This document shows positions 1 through 10,600 of a stretch of DNA of 35,108 bases, one piece after another. The translations under genes were made by a program, and so were the position numbers. Below the pieces are notes generated by a model. It was not told the origin of the DNA. It made no database searches and worked only from the letters and a program-made list of their open reading frames with translations. The stretch lies in NCBI RefSeq assembly GCF_001194135.2, contig NC_068982.1, forward strand, positions 156,797,361 to 156,832,468, read 5' to 3'. Source of the DNA: Octopus bimaculoides (taxonomy: Eukaryota). The first letter of the stretch is position 1. Every line of letters starts with the position of its first letter.

Positions 1-488
1 TATATATATATGCATGTATATATATTATATGTATACACGTGTATACATACGTTCATGAAGCCATGTCAAAAAAGAATGACGCAACACTGGAAACAGAATA
101 TCGATTAGAAAGAGTTATCTCTCAATGCATGATATTACCCGATGACATAAATGAAGGTGTCCTTCACTTTTGCATATTTGTCTGTTTGTTGTAACATTTG
201 TTCTTATTGTTCGTTTCCTTGTACCTTTGTATTATGGTTTGCTGTGTGTAATTATCGTGGCAAAGGAAACTCGGAAACATATACACTTCTTGTGCTGCAG
301 TGTGAAATTATTGGTTTTAGACCGCTGTCTATAACCGTACATGTGTATATACCTTTACGTATATATGTGCCTTTGAGTTTGTGTACTTACGCAGAAAGTA
401 CATTGAATATAAATACGCAGTTACCCCGCCTACCATATATATATCCATATACTAAGTTGTATGTATCTGCGAGGTTAAATGCATGCGC

Positions 489-527
<39 letters not shown>

Positions 528-746
528 GTGTGTGTATGTATGTATGAATATATGTATGCATAGTCACACATGCATTGAACACATACGCATATGCATAATG
601 AATATAGATATACTGAGTGTACCTTTGTATATACACGTACGCATATATACGCACACTTATAGATATTTTTACAGTCACAATAACTTATGTTAAGTTTAAA
701 ACAGATCCTTTCTGATAATAATAACCGACTGGTAGTATTAAACAGA

Positions 747-780
<34 letters not shown>

Positions 781-790
781 GCATACTGGA

Positions 791-1117
791 CTGGCGCTCT
801 GTCGGTTACGACTACGTGGGTTCCAGTTAATCCGATCAACGGAACAGCTTGCCCGTGAGATTAACGTGCAAGTGGCTGGGCAGTCTACAGATACGCGTAC
901 CCTTAACGTAGTTCACTGGGAATTTCAGCGTGACACAGAATGTGACAAGGCTTGCCCATTTGGAAATACAGGTACTATTCATTTTTGCCAGCTGAGTAGA
1001 CTGGAGCAACCTGAAATAAAGTGTCTTGCTCAAGGACACAACACGTCACCGGGAATTGAACCCACGACCTTACGATCGCGAGCCGAATGCCCTAAACGCT
1101 CACCTGTGCACCTTCAC
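791..1117 (-). mobile_element. tRNA-derived SINE, family A
   Basis: Minus strand reads a tRNA-like head (TTAGGGCATTCGGCTCGCGATCGTAAGGTCGTGGGTTCAATTCCCGG; B-box GGTTCAATTCC at 1052-1062). A CCTTGAGCAAG central motif follows, then a ~180-bp 3' part that recurs at 27827-28007. Confidence 0.8.
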
Positions 1118-1126
1118 ACGCACACA

Positions 1127-2296
1127 CACGACAGAAGTAAACAGACACCCCATCGTGTTATGCTTATTTTAACTTGAAGAGTTATATATTTTTATTAATT
1201 GACATATCTATGTTTCAGGTTCTATATGTGACTGTTTAATCACTCTACATACAAAAGAAGGCTTGGAACTCTCTGAATTTAAAAGAGGCCGTTTTGTGAG
1301 TCAATCTGAAGCTGGACCTAGTCAGAGTAAAATCGCAGAAAACCTTGGGATCCTACTTTCTACAATTAATATAGTGATTATGCAATTCACAAGGGAGGGC
1401 TGGGAATCCCCATTACCTCACTCAGGTCGACCAGGGTCCTCTGAAGCGTGGAGGATAATCTTCGTTGCAAGACCTCTGACATAGCAGAACATGTTGATGT
1501 CAATCCCAGATCAGTTATCAAGTATTTCCACAAACTTGGCTACAATGGCAGAGCAGCAAGAAAGAAGCCACTTCCTCGACCAGCCGATATCAAGGTGGAA
1601 AAAGATTGGGCCTGGGAGATGGTGGTGAGACCACTAGCATTGGAACACTGTCATATTCTCTGATGAGTCCAGATTTGCCGTACTTTTTGACAGTGGTTGA
1701 TTGTGGGTGCAGAGATTCTGTGATTAAGAATCTGACATGAAAAAAATTGCAGCTAACATGAAACACAGCTGCTATTCTGTGATGGTCTGGAGAGCAATTT
1801 GGAGCAATGGTCGATCAGAGCTGGTGGAGTGTAAAGGAAACATAAACTCAGATAAATGTCTTCATATTGTAGAAAGGATTCCTACCAATTCTTTCCAGCG
1901 TTGAAATGATTAAAAAAGACTCTTTAATGGCTAAAATGACCGGAGGCTGGTTGGAAGAAAATGGCATTAAAAAGCTTCCATGGCCAAGTCAGTCACCAGA
2001 TATGAACCCTACTAGAAACCACTGGGTCATAATGAACAGAACATTTTATAAAAAGAACAACGAACAAAGCATACTCAAGGCCAGATCTTTTGAGATTACT
2101 GCATGAAACTCCAGAGAATATTCATCATGTAAGCAGTAGCACGCCTAATAGAATCCTTGCACTGAAAAATGCAAAGGACATGTCTGCTAAATATTAGATA
2201 TTCATATTATAATAATGAATAAATAATTTGAATGTATAGTTTCAGATTTAAATTGATTTTAACGAGTATAAGTGTGTCTATTTACTTCCGTGGTCG
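1127..2296 (+). mobile_element. Tc1-family DNA transposon relic with imperfect terminal inverted repeats
   Basis: Transposase fragments lie in order inside. Terminal motif GAAGTAAACAGACAC (~1134-1148) is matched in inverse by GTGTCTATTTACTTC (~2274-2288) with 1 mismatch in 15. Confidence 0.8.
1263..2197 (+). pseudogene. Tc1 (DD34E-type) transposase pseudogene
   Basis: Frameshifted pieces: [14 protein letters not shown]...[10 protein letters not shown]...SGRP; LGYNGRAARKKPL; WNTVIFSDESRF (first D at 1662); VMVWRAIWSNG; WLEENGIKKLPWPSQSPDMNP; terminal KY*. The usual QDxAPCH second-Asp segment is absent and the catalytic Glu position reads R. Confidence 0.9.
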
Positions 2297-2580
2297 CAGA
2301 AATTCTCTGACAGCCATGACTGGGTCCTCCTGCTTTGTGTGGCATGGTGCAGATTCCTGTTACCAGACACAGAGTCTTTCAGCAGACACCCTATTGATCC
2401 AAGCCTGCACTGACTCCTCCAGGCACTTGATGTATGCCTCTGTGTTAATCGTGAGACCGTGTCGGAAGATGAATGGAGGTATAACGTCGCCATCACTAGT
2501 GATCACTCCAAACACCACGATGTTGACTGGATGTTTGATTTTTATCACTCTCTGTATATGTCCTCAGATTGACGCCCCAA
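2290..2580 (-). pseudogene. mariner-like (maT/DD37D-type) transposase fragment
   Basis: Minus strand: IKIKHPVNIVVFGVITSDGDVIPPFIFRHGLTINTEAYIKCLEESVQAWINRVSAERLCVW*QESAPCHT / RRTQSWLSENFCDH. This is the catalytic-domain pattern of DD37D-type transposases, broken by a stop and a frameshift. Confidence 0.8.
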
Positions 2581-2810
2581 CACTCTATGTTCGTATTGGA
2601 GCTTCAGGGGCAAATTCCAAACAGCATAGCATGTCGTTTCCAAATTTCTGGCAGAGCGGATTGCATCATGGTGCTATGTTTCTCACAGACAATGCCCAGC
2701 CGATTCTAAGATACTGAGTAGTCGACAAAATCAAAATCAGACTATGCACTTATGCGAAAATAAAAATATAAAATGGCGACAATTTATCCATCGCACGCTA
2801 TATTCACATG

Positions 2811-2879
<69 letters not shown>

Positions 2880-3837
2880 AGAAAGAGACTGATAAATGAA
2901 CGAGTGATAGTAAGCTAAAGAGCAACAAATGCAAAGATTGTGTTATGAGAAGTTAGTTGTGCATACTCAGTTTAGATGTATTAGAAATGTTACAGAACTC
3001 AGATATTTATTCACTGGAAATTATGAGACACGAGGCAGAAAATATGTGTTGAGTCAACATTCAAAAAAATTAAATAGAATATAAAAAATAAAAATTTGAA
3101 ACCAAGTCGAAAATGTCAAACTGCAAAGAAAAAAAAAATGTCACAATCTGTAAAGATGAAAACTCTACGCCATAGTAAGAATATCACGATAATGATAGTT
3201 GATTCGTCAAAGGTCATCCTTGATTGAGCAGGCCAATAATGAAAAATATTAAATCTATGACCAACGCCTCTTCTTCTTTACAAATATTTATGACTCCATT
3301 ATCCAATTTGCCCTTGTTTTAGAATGATTTAATGTTACTTGAACCATATCGAGCGATTACATACAGGCTAACCTCATCATTCCTCTTTATCACCTTCAAA
3401 TATCTTGCAATAAATATTTGTCCGAGTTTTTTTCTATTCACACAATACGACTGTAATCCCTTTTGGCGTATGAATTATGTTGTGTGATGCATTTCGTTCA
3501 TCGTCTGTAACGCTAACAGTCAAGATTATTCAATATGCTTAGCGAAGAATATTTCATTAGAATCTTTATGATCTTAGTTCAAATCCTAGTAACCCTACCT
3601 TCAATTTTATTTTTACTTAAATATAGGACCACGTATTTTAAAGGCGAATACAAATATAATATATTACGTTCATTTTCTTTAGTCATTAGACTGAAGTGAA
3701 TTTGTTCGAGTCGGAATCAGAATCCGAACATGGATTCAACAAAATGATTTCATATCATTTTATGCACATGAATAGGGTTCCTAATGAAGAGTGAAATCGA
3801 CTATCATATATCATTTACTTGTTTGAATCATGTGTAC

Positions 3838-4062
3838 GGAAACGTAAACACACCAATACCGGTCGTCATGTGGTGGTGGGTGAAAACATTGATACAAAGA
3901 CACACACACAATCACCTTCTTCCAGTTTCCATCTACCAAATCCATTCGGAGGACGTTGGTCGGACCGAGGCTACAGTAGAAGTACCTTGCCCAAGTCTTC
4001 ATGCAGTGGCACTGAACTCGGAGCCATGTGGTTGGGAAGCGAACTCCTTAACATACAGCCTC
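3838..4062 (-). mobile_element. SINE family B, diverged copy with truncated tail
   Basis: Aligns by eye with 6570-6855 (CCAGTTTCCATCTACCAAATCC...GGTCGGACCGAGGCTACAGTAGAAG...TTGCCCAAG...GGCACTGAACTCGGAGCCATGTGGTTGG). Short internal (CA)n. Confidence 0.8.
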
Positions 4063-4535
4063 ACCAGTGGCTACATAGATATCAATATAAGACTGATACT
4101 CCATCGAAGGGCAAATAGGAAAGTTTGTTTAGTCCAAGAATATCGCTGATGAAGTGGGCCTTTGAAGAAAGGTGTATCCGAGTTGATGACTCCTCTTTAT
4201 TGTAGACTACATTATTCAAGGAGGTGCGAAATTAGCAGATCAATGGAAACGTCGAATAGACCACCTCGTAATATTTATTTCTGGCTTTGTGCTTTGCTTT
4301 TAAACTCCCTCAGGTTAATTTTGCCTTTCATCCTTTCTGGATCAATATATTAAGTACGAGATCGGTAGATTGGTAGAATTGTCAGAGCATCAGATAGAAG
4401 ATCTTGTAGATAAATAGTGAAAGCTTTAAAAAAGCGGTCTAGTATTTTCAGTGTAACACTGTTAATGGCAGAACAACAGATATCAGGACAGAATACCAGG
4501 TGTCATGTCCTTTATAAACACACCTCATCCCTCTG

Positions 4536-4770
4536 TCCCCCTCTTGCTCACTCTCTATCTCCCCCTCTTGCTCACTCTCTCTCTCCCCCTCTTGATCACT
4601 CTCTCTCTCCCACTTGCTCACTCTCTCGCCCCCTCTTTTTCACTCTCTCTCCCCCTCTTACTCATTCTATCTCTCCCCCTCTTGCTCACTATCTCTCTCC
4701 CTCTCTTGCTCACTCTCTCTCTCCCGCTCTTGCTCACTCTCTCTCTCTCCCCCTCTTCCTCTATCACTCT
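4536..4770. repeat. 24-bp pyrimidine-rich minisatellite, ~10 copies
   Basis: Unit TCCCCCTCTTGCTCACTCTCTCTC, repeated head-to-tail with small variants. It explains the PPLAHSLS and LLLTLSLP pseudo-ORFs. Confidence 0.9.
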
Positions 4771-5128
4771 TACACACAGGTATAATACAACATGGCGTTT
4801 CTTTTCTCAAGTGGTAAATTGTTTATCAAGATAGATTTGGTATATATCGCTATTAGATCGAATGACCGCCGAGAGACCTACCTGGATCGCAAAACATAAA
4901 GTAGACCTAAGAGGCGGTATTTCAGATCAGAAGTTAAATAACAGTGCCGTGCATAATGTCCAGTTCTGTCAATCCATAGCTATTTGTAAGTAATGGACAT
5001 TAAAAAAATATTTCGAATTCAATGTCTAACTATCTGTTTTTGCAAGTCTGAGAATTAACATTCGAGTAGCCAAATATTTTCTTTCTTGTCACAAAATAAT
5101 ATGCCAAATTTGCATCTATTCATATAGT

Positions 5129-5130
<2 letters not shown>

Positions 5131-5224
<94 letters not shown>

Positions 5225-5270
5225 TGTATGTGTGTGTGTTTATGAATGTATGTATATATATATATATATC
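5131..5270. repeat. compound (TA)n-(TATG)n-(TG)n microsatellite
   Basis: Directly visible. Confidence 0.95.
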
Positions 5271-5485
5271 AATATACGTTGTATAGTTCGTATTGTATGT
5301 CTGGTTAAGTGTTTGGAATAACATAGCAAAACAGAAGAATATACAACTTGCATACGCATTCTCAAGATCTGTACACAACATATGAAGACAAACACATATT
5401 TAAATATACAGAGTCACACGCAACCACACACTCGTATGTACACACGCACACACACACACACACACAGACACAAACACTCAAATAC

Positions 5486-5516
<31 letters not shown>

Positions 5517-6255
5517 TATATATGTATGTATGAGCATAAAAACTAAAATATCTGTTCAAATTTTCGTGAAGGAGAATAACAAATATTAAATGTCCCATTT
5601 ATGGTTTTCTTTCAGTAGACCTCATGTGTGGTTCATTTGAAGGCATTATTTTTCGTAAACTAACAGTATGTAGATTAAGGAAGAAAAAAAAGCCTGCTGC
5701 TTCGGAAAGTCTTGTGCGTAGAATTAAAAGGCCAACAGCATATGTCAGCAGTGCCAAGAACGAATGCGCGCAGAGCAAAAGGCTATTTAAACACTCAAAT
5801 ACAAACACACGAATATGCTCAAGCGCACGCACGCATACACACACGTACATGCCTTTATGTACGTAACCATGTATTGATATGTGTGGAGAAATTTGTGATT
5901 GTAAACGTATGTGTATGGACATTTTAGCCTTTAGAGTCTAGGAGACAACAAAGCTTCTCACATTTGGTACATGGTTTATCTACATCAAAGAGCTACTAAC
6001 AACCACTAAAAGGTTAACCGTAGCGAACAAATGAAGTGTACTTTATAGGTATGCATATGTTATATATGTATGTATGTAAATATGTATGCGTGTAAATATG
6101 CATGTATGTATTTATTTCATATATATATATATATATTGACTCACTCACACACGCATATAATATACACACATATACATACCATACATACAAACACGTATAT
6201 GTGAGTGTAAATTTGTAGAAAGATAACAAATTGCTTAAGATATTAATATATATGC

Positions 6256-6286
<31 letters not shown>

Positions 6287-6473
6287 NNNNNNNNNNNNNN
6301 NNNNNNNNNNNNNNNNNNNNNNNNNNNNNNNNNNNNNNNNNNNNNNNNNNNNNNNNNNNNNNNNNNNNNNNNNNNNNNNNNNNNNNNNNNNNNNNNNNNN
6401 NNNNNNNNNNNNNNNNNNNNNNNNNNNNNNNNNNNNNNNNNNNNNNNNNNNNNNNNNNNNNNNNNNNNNNNNN
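6287..6473. other. assembly gap (N run) next to (TA)n
   Basis: N run, preceded by a (TA)n tract. Confidence 1.
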
Positions 6474-6861
6474 CCACCTTTAGTCGAACAAATCGACCCC
6501 AGGACTTATTCTTTGTAAGCTTAGTACTTATTCTATCGACCACTTTTGCCTAACCGCTAAGTTACAGGGGCGTAAACACACCAGCATTGGTTATCAAGCA
6601 ATGTTGCGGGGACAAACACAGACACACACACACACACACACACACACATATGCACGCACACACACACACATACACACACACATATATATTCATATATACG
6701 ACGGGCTTCTTTCAGTTTCCGTCTACCAAATCCACTCACACGGCTTTGGTCGGCCCGAGGCTTTAGTAGAAGACACTTGCCCAAGGTATCACGCAATGGG
6801 ACTGAACCCAGAACCATGTGGCTGGTAAGCAAGCTACGTACCACACAGCCACTTCTACGCC
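6474..6861 (-). mobile_element. SINE family B, near full-length, with internal (CA)n/(TA)n microsatellite
   Basis: Minus strand: tRNA-like head GGCTGTGTGGTACGTAGCTTGC...GGGTTCAGTCCC (B-box-like), then CCTTGGGCAAG motif, then an internal TG/TA microsatellite (~6620-6700), then tail ...CTGGGGTCGATTTGTTCGACTAAAGG. Pieces recur at 3838, 11493, 20590, 22251 and 26367. Confidence 0.85.
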
Positions 6862-7049
6862 TATATATATATACATGATAGCTGTCAACTCGTGAACGCG
6901 GTAGATCAGCTCTGACCATTGCTCATGCAAAATGTCAGCAATGCCTAAGCATGAGGATCTTGCCTCCACGACCCGACGCCCCCGGGCTCCACTTCACGGC
7001 TTGCATGCTCAGCACGGCGTCCTCTCTCTAGACTTGACATCAATTAGTT

Positions 7050-7270
7050 GGCTCGATAGAGACTGTGCAACCTAAAACTTTATGTCAAATAAGGCTTGCG
7101 CAACACATCAAAGACCTTTGCCATCCTTTTGGGATGATTCTGTTACAAGCCAGAAAATGTCTAGTACCAATATGGATCTTAGGCTCATGAGTGTGGGAAT
7201 ACCATGATCTCAATCGCAATCATAATATCCCGAAAATCATTAATACCATTCCCTGCATATCTGGTTTCAT
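7050..7270 (+). pseudogene. possible decayed GIY-YIG endonuclease of a Penelope-like element
   Basis: Frameshifted I(E)xCATxNF..IRLAQHIKDL and S*VWEYHDLNRNHNIPKIINTIP loosely follow the PLE endonuclease pattern YIG.C.T.F..R...H...F ... W.LKD.......W.II. Confidence 0.35.
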
Positions 7271-7565
7271 AGAGTGACCTTCACAAAAGGTGAGGGGTGC
7301 CTCACTTTCAATGGACGTCTAGTACGCCAGACACCAGCCCAGATTTTCTGAGGGCCAGGGCTATTGCTAGATAGCCATATAACCTATCTTATGTTTATCC
7401 CTCATTTTGACAGGTCTTGTCTTATGTCCTCTTGGGCTTCAGACAACCTTCCTCACTAGGCAAGCCTGATGGGGGGTGCTAGTTTAATTGCACACGACAT
7501 GACTATGTTGTACTGGATTCTATGTTACCAGTAACACGCTTGAGGGTCCTGACAAGTAATCTGAC

Positions 7566-7569
<4 letters not shown>

Positions 7570-7648
<79 letters not shown>
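7570..7648. repeat. (TA)n microsatellite
   Basis: Directly visible. Confidence 0.95.
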
Positions 7649-7651
<3 letters not shown>

Positions 7652-10600
7652 CACGCCATATTTAACTTTTATTTAAGCAGTCAATCAAAAGATTAGAAAC
7701 GAATCCAAAAACAAATCAAGAAGCATCTTTAAATTTTTAACGTGGTGTCTCATCTCGTACAAATATCGGGATAGATGGTGCAGACATTGTAGAATTTGGT
7801 CTGCATACTTGTGCTAAAGACGCACCATTTAATCTCAAGAATATCGTCGACGGAGGACAGAAGACGTATCGAATGGTATATGCCGAATGCAGATATTCTC
7901 TCAACCGATCAAGAAATAAATACAAAGAAATAGATACGAAGAAATAAATACGAAATGAGTACAATTTATAAAAAGATATGACATCAAATAGAAAAGCTTT
8001 TCACATGTTTTAGCTGAAGTACAAGAATACATATTTATGCATCGTATGACCCTTAGACCTTATTTAAATACATTTAATACACTAACAAATCCTGTACAAT
8101 TTGTTGATGTTGTTGTTTAGTCCCGTATCAGTTTTGGCTAGGCATATCGCAAACAAAAGTTCCAGCTATAATCAGTCAACGTTTTCTCAGGTATAATATA
8201 CAAATATTTACCTTATCCAAAGTACCCTGTTTTTTATGATGTCGTTTGAGTAAAAGTTGGACGAACTTACTAGCACGCCGAGAGGTATCGTGTTTTGGTT
8301 GACCCTTAAACGATTTTCTGTGATCCCTATGGAGATGATTTCAGGGTCGCATTTTATAAGAAATACTTTATATAATATTGACCTGACTATAGAGTTCTTA
8401 GAGTAGCTATGATAACTACGTATAAATTTAATATGACGTACATAGATCAGACATCTACTATAATCCAAATTTCAACATATCAAGACTCGAACTTCTTGCA
8501 ACGGTGGTCCCTTTATTGCGGCGGTTGGGGTATCCTTCGCATAAGCGATTGTGTAATTTCGCCACATTCGAGGTTTATTTGCTAGTGAAGGCACACGGAA
8601 TGTTTACTATATGCAGGAACAGTCTCATTCTTCTGTTTTTTTTTCCGCTTTGCTGGCGCTCTGCTGTTGTTAATCTTTGAAACGTGTCGTTAGTATCTAC
8701 GAAGTGGAGTTTTGGTCATATTTGAAACAAGGGATGGACTGGAATCAGTCATAGACCATGATAAATCATGTGCCATTGTTTCAAAAATTACGGTCCCTAT
8801 TTTAACAACAGCATCTCTTTAAAAATATTGCCGTAGCCTTTTTAAAAATAAAACCACTTCCACAAAATAATAAAACTACTATTTTAATTCGTGGACTCCA
8901 ATCCAGGAAATCCAAAATACAAAACCGTTTTGTTACAAACGTATATGCACACATATTCAAGTACATGTACACAAACTTACATTTACCCATATATATATAA
9001 CATAAATAACGCAAATACGCTAATATAACAGATGCCGTAGAAAATACGTCAACAAAATCATATACTTAACGCAAAAAATCTGAAGCCAAAAACAAAACAA
9101 TACTTTATCTCTGGAAATATCAATTCGTCATTTTTTTACTGATAAATTTGGAAGTTAGACACCAACATATAAATCTATTTGTATATGTACGTATGAGTGA
9201 CTGTTTATATGTATGTGTTTGTATGTATTTATACACGTATAATGTTTTGCTTATAAATTTGAAATTCAAACACTACTATACAAATATATGTATATATGAA
9301 CATGTTTATGTATACACAAATTGCACATACACACATAAACACACACACACACACACACACACGCCCCCCCCCACCGTAGTTTGTTGATTCTGCATATGAG
9401 AAGTATTCGTTACTTTCTTTAGATAAATAACGGATAACAGACACTGCATAAATATATTGACACATATATAACCCACAAATAGATGCAAATATTTTCAGTA
9501 GATAATAACAATGTTTAGTAGATAAAAGAAAATTGATGTAATATACTTGTTGAAGATTGTTTTAAAATATTCCACTGGATAAAGTTATTTTCTGCCTGGC
9601 ACAAACAAATACTAGCAGCATCATAAGATCTCATTAATTCTGACTTACTTTAAACAACCAAGTACTACTTTTCTTATCTATGTCCTGTCTTAAAATAAAT
9701 GTGGCTAGTACTACTCAGAAAAGAGTTGCTGACAGAATAATGCCTGCTTAACACTCCGTTCATTTTTGTCTGCTCTAAAAATATTGGTCTTGATAACAGA
9801 ATGTAAGCGTTCGTATGTTGAATGAATGTTGGCGATGAAATTGTTTTGGATAGGGCTACCTGCTAGCATTTCGCAAAGTGACGAGATATGATATCAAAAC
9901 TTTAGTAGTAAAATCGTCGAAAGCAATGCGAGTATACATGTTGAATTTCATACAGCTTTTGTCTATTCTCCTGCAAGGGAGGTAATTGTCTGATGACGAT
10001 TCTTCCAAGTTGGTAGGCACTCCCATTAGAAGAAAAGCAGGAGTAGTGTTCCTTAATCATCCTAGAAGCGATCATAGATACGAATAACTGCAGCAGATGC
10101 AGCTAACAACGCTTAATTTATCATTCCTTTCTACATTTGGTTCTTTGACGATATTTAACTTGGTATAATAGATGCCCTTTTGAAAAAGGGTGGTATATCA
10201 CAGATTCACGGGAAGTTGTTAGAACTGAAAATAGTTTGCGTATATATATACTACTGCACACACACACACACACACACAAATGCACACACACACGCTCACA
10301 CACACACACACACACACACACAAATGCACACACACACACGCTCACACACGCACACACGTACGCACACACACAACACACACTCTAATTTTAAAGGAAGAAT
10401 TAATTTTAACGGAATTCAAAGTGTAAAATATGTGAAATATTGTGTAAAAAGCTTCCGACTTTGTTTTCATCCAAAAGGTTTCTTTAAAACAATATTCAGC
10501 ACATTATTATTAATGAATTTCGACTTCCACTGTTAAAACAAATTTACTTCATATTTTTCGAAGTTTCTAAATTGTTATGTTAACATTTCATAGTTCTCGC

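Noticed and set aside
151-784. 180-aa and overlapping ORFs at the window start
   Set aside because: They are built largely from TA/TG/CA repeats (YIYI, VCVY runs) and show no domain or splice support.
1020-1110. tRNA-like sequences at SINE heads (also 6790-6861, 13031-13115, 26367-26430)
   Set aside because: They have B-box-like motifs but no complete cloverleaf and continue into SINE bodies, so they are not called as tRNA genes.
3784-4149. 121-aa and 99-aa ORFs
   Set aside because: They are read-through of the antisense strand of a SINE B copy.
4146-4175. CTGATGA...GAAA hammerhead-like words
   Set aside because: No stem II, stem III or NUH site can be formed.
4417-4834. ORFs with PPLAHSLS / LLLTLSLP repeats; also considered as a CRISPR-like array
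   Set aside because: They are translations of the 24-bp minisatellite. Units are contiguous with no unique spacers, and no cas genes are present.
5616-5665. Possible 50-bp exon (TTTCAG| ... |GTATGT; DLMCGSFEGIIFRKLT)
   Set aside because: Its phase is incompatible with the 4206-4267 candidate and it has no homology. It is too short to distinguish from chance.
7741-7947. ~68-codon open frame (DGADIVEFGLHTCAKDAPFNLKNIVDGGQKTYRM)
   Set aside because: No start codon in context, no convincing acceptor and no recognisable family.
9854-9981. Open frame ending at a GAG|GTAATT donor-like site; also a minus-strand AG...GT pair over the same region
   Set aside because: The plus-strand acceptor is weak and the peptide is unrecognised. 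The minus-strand candidate has stops in all three frames.
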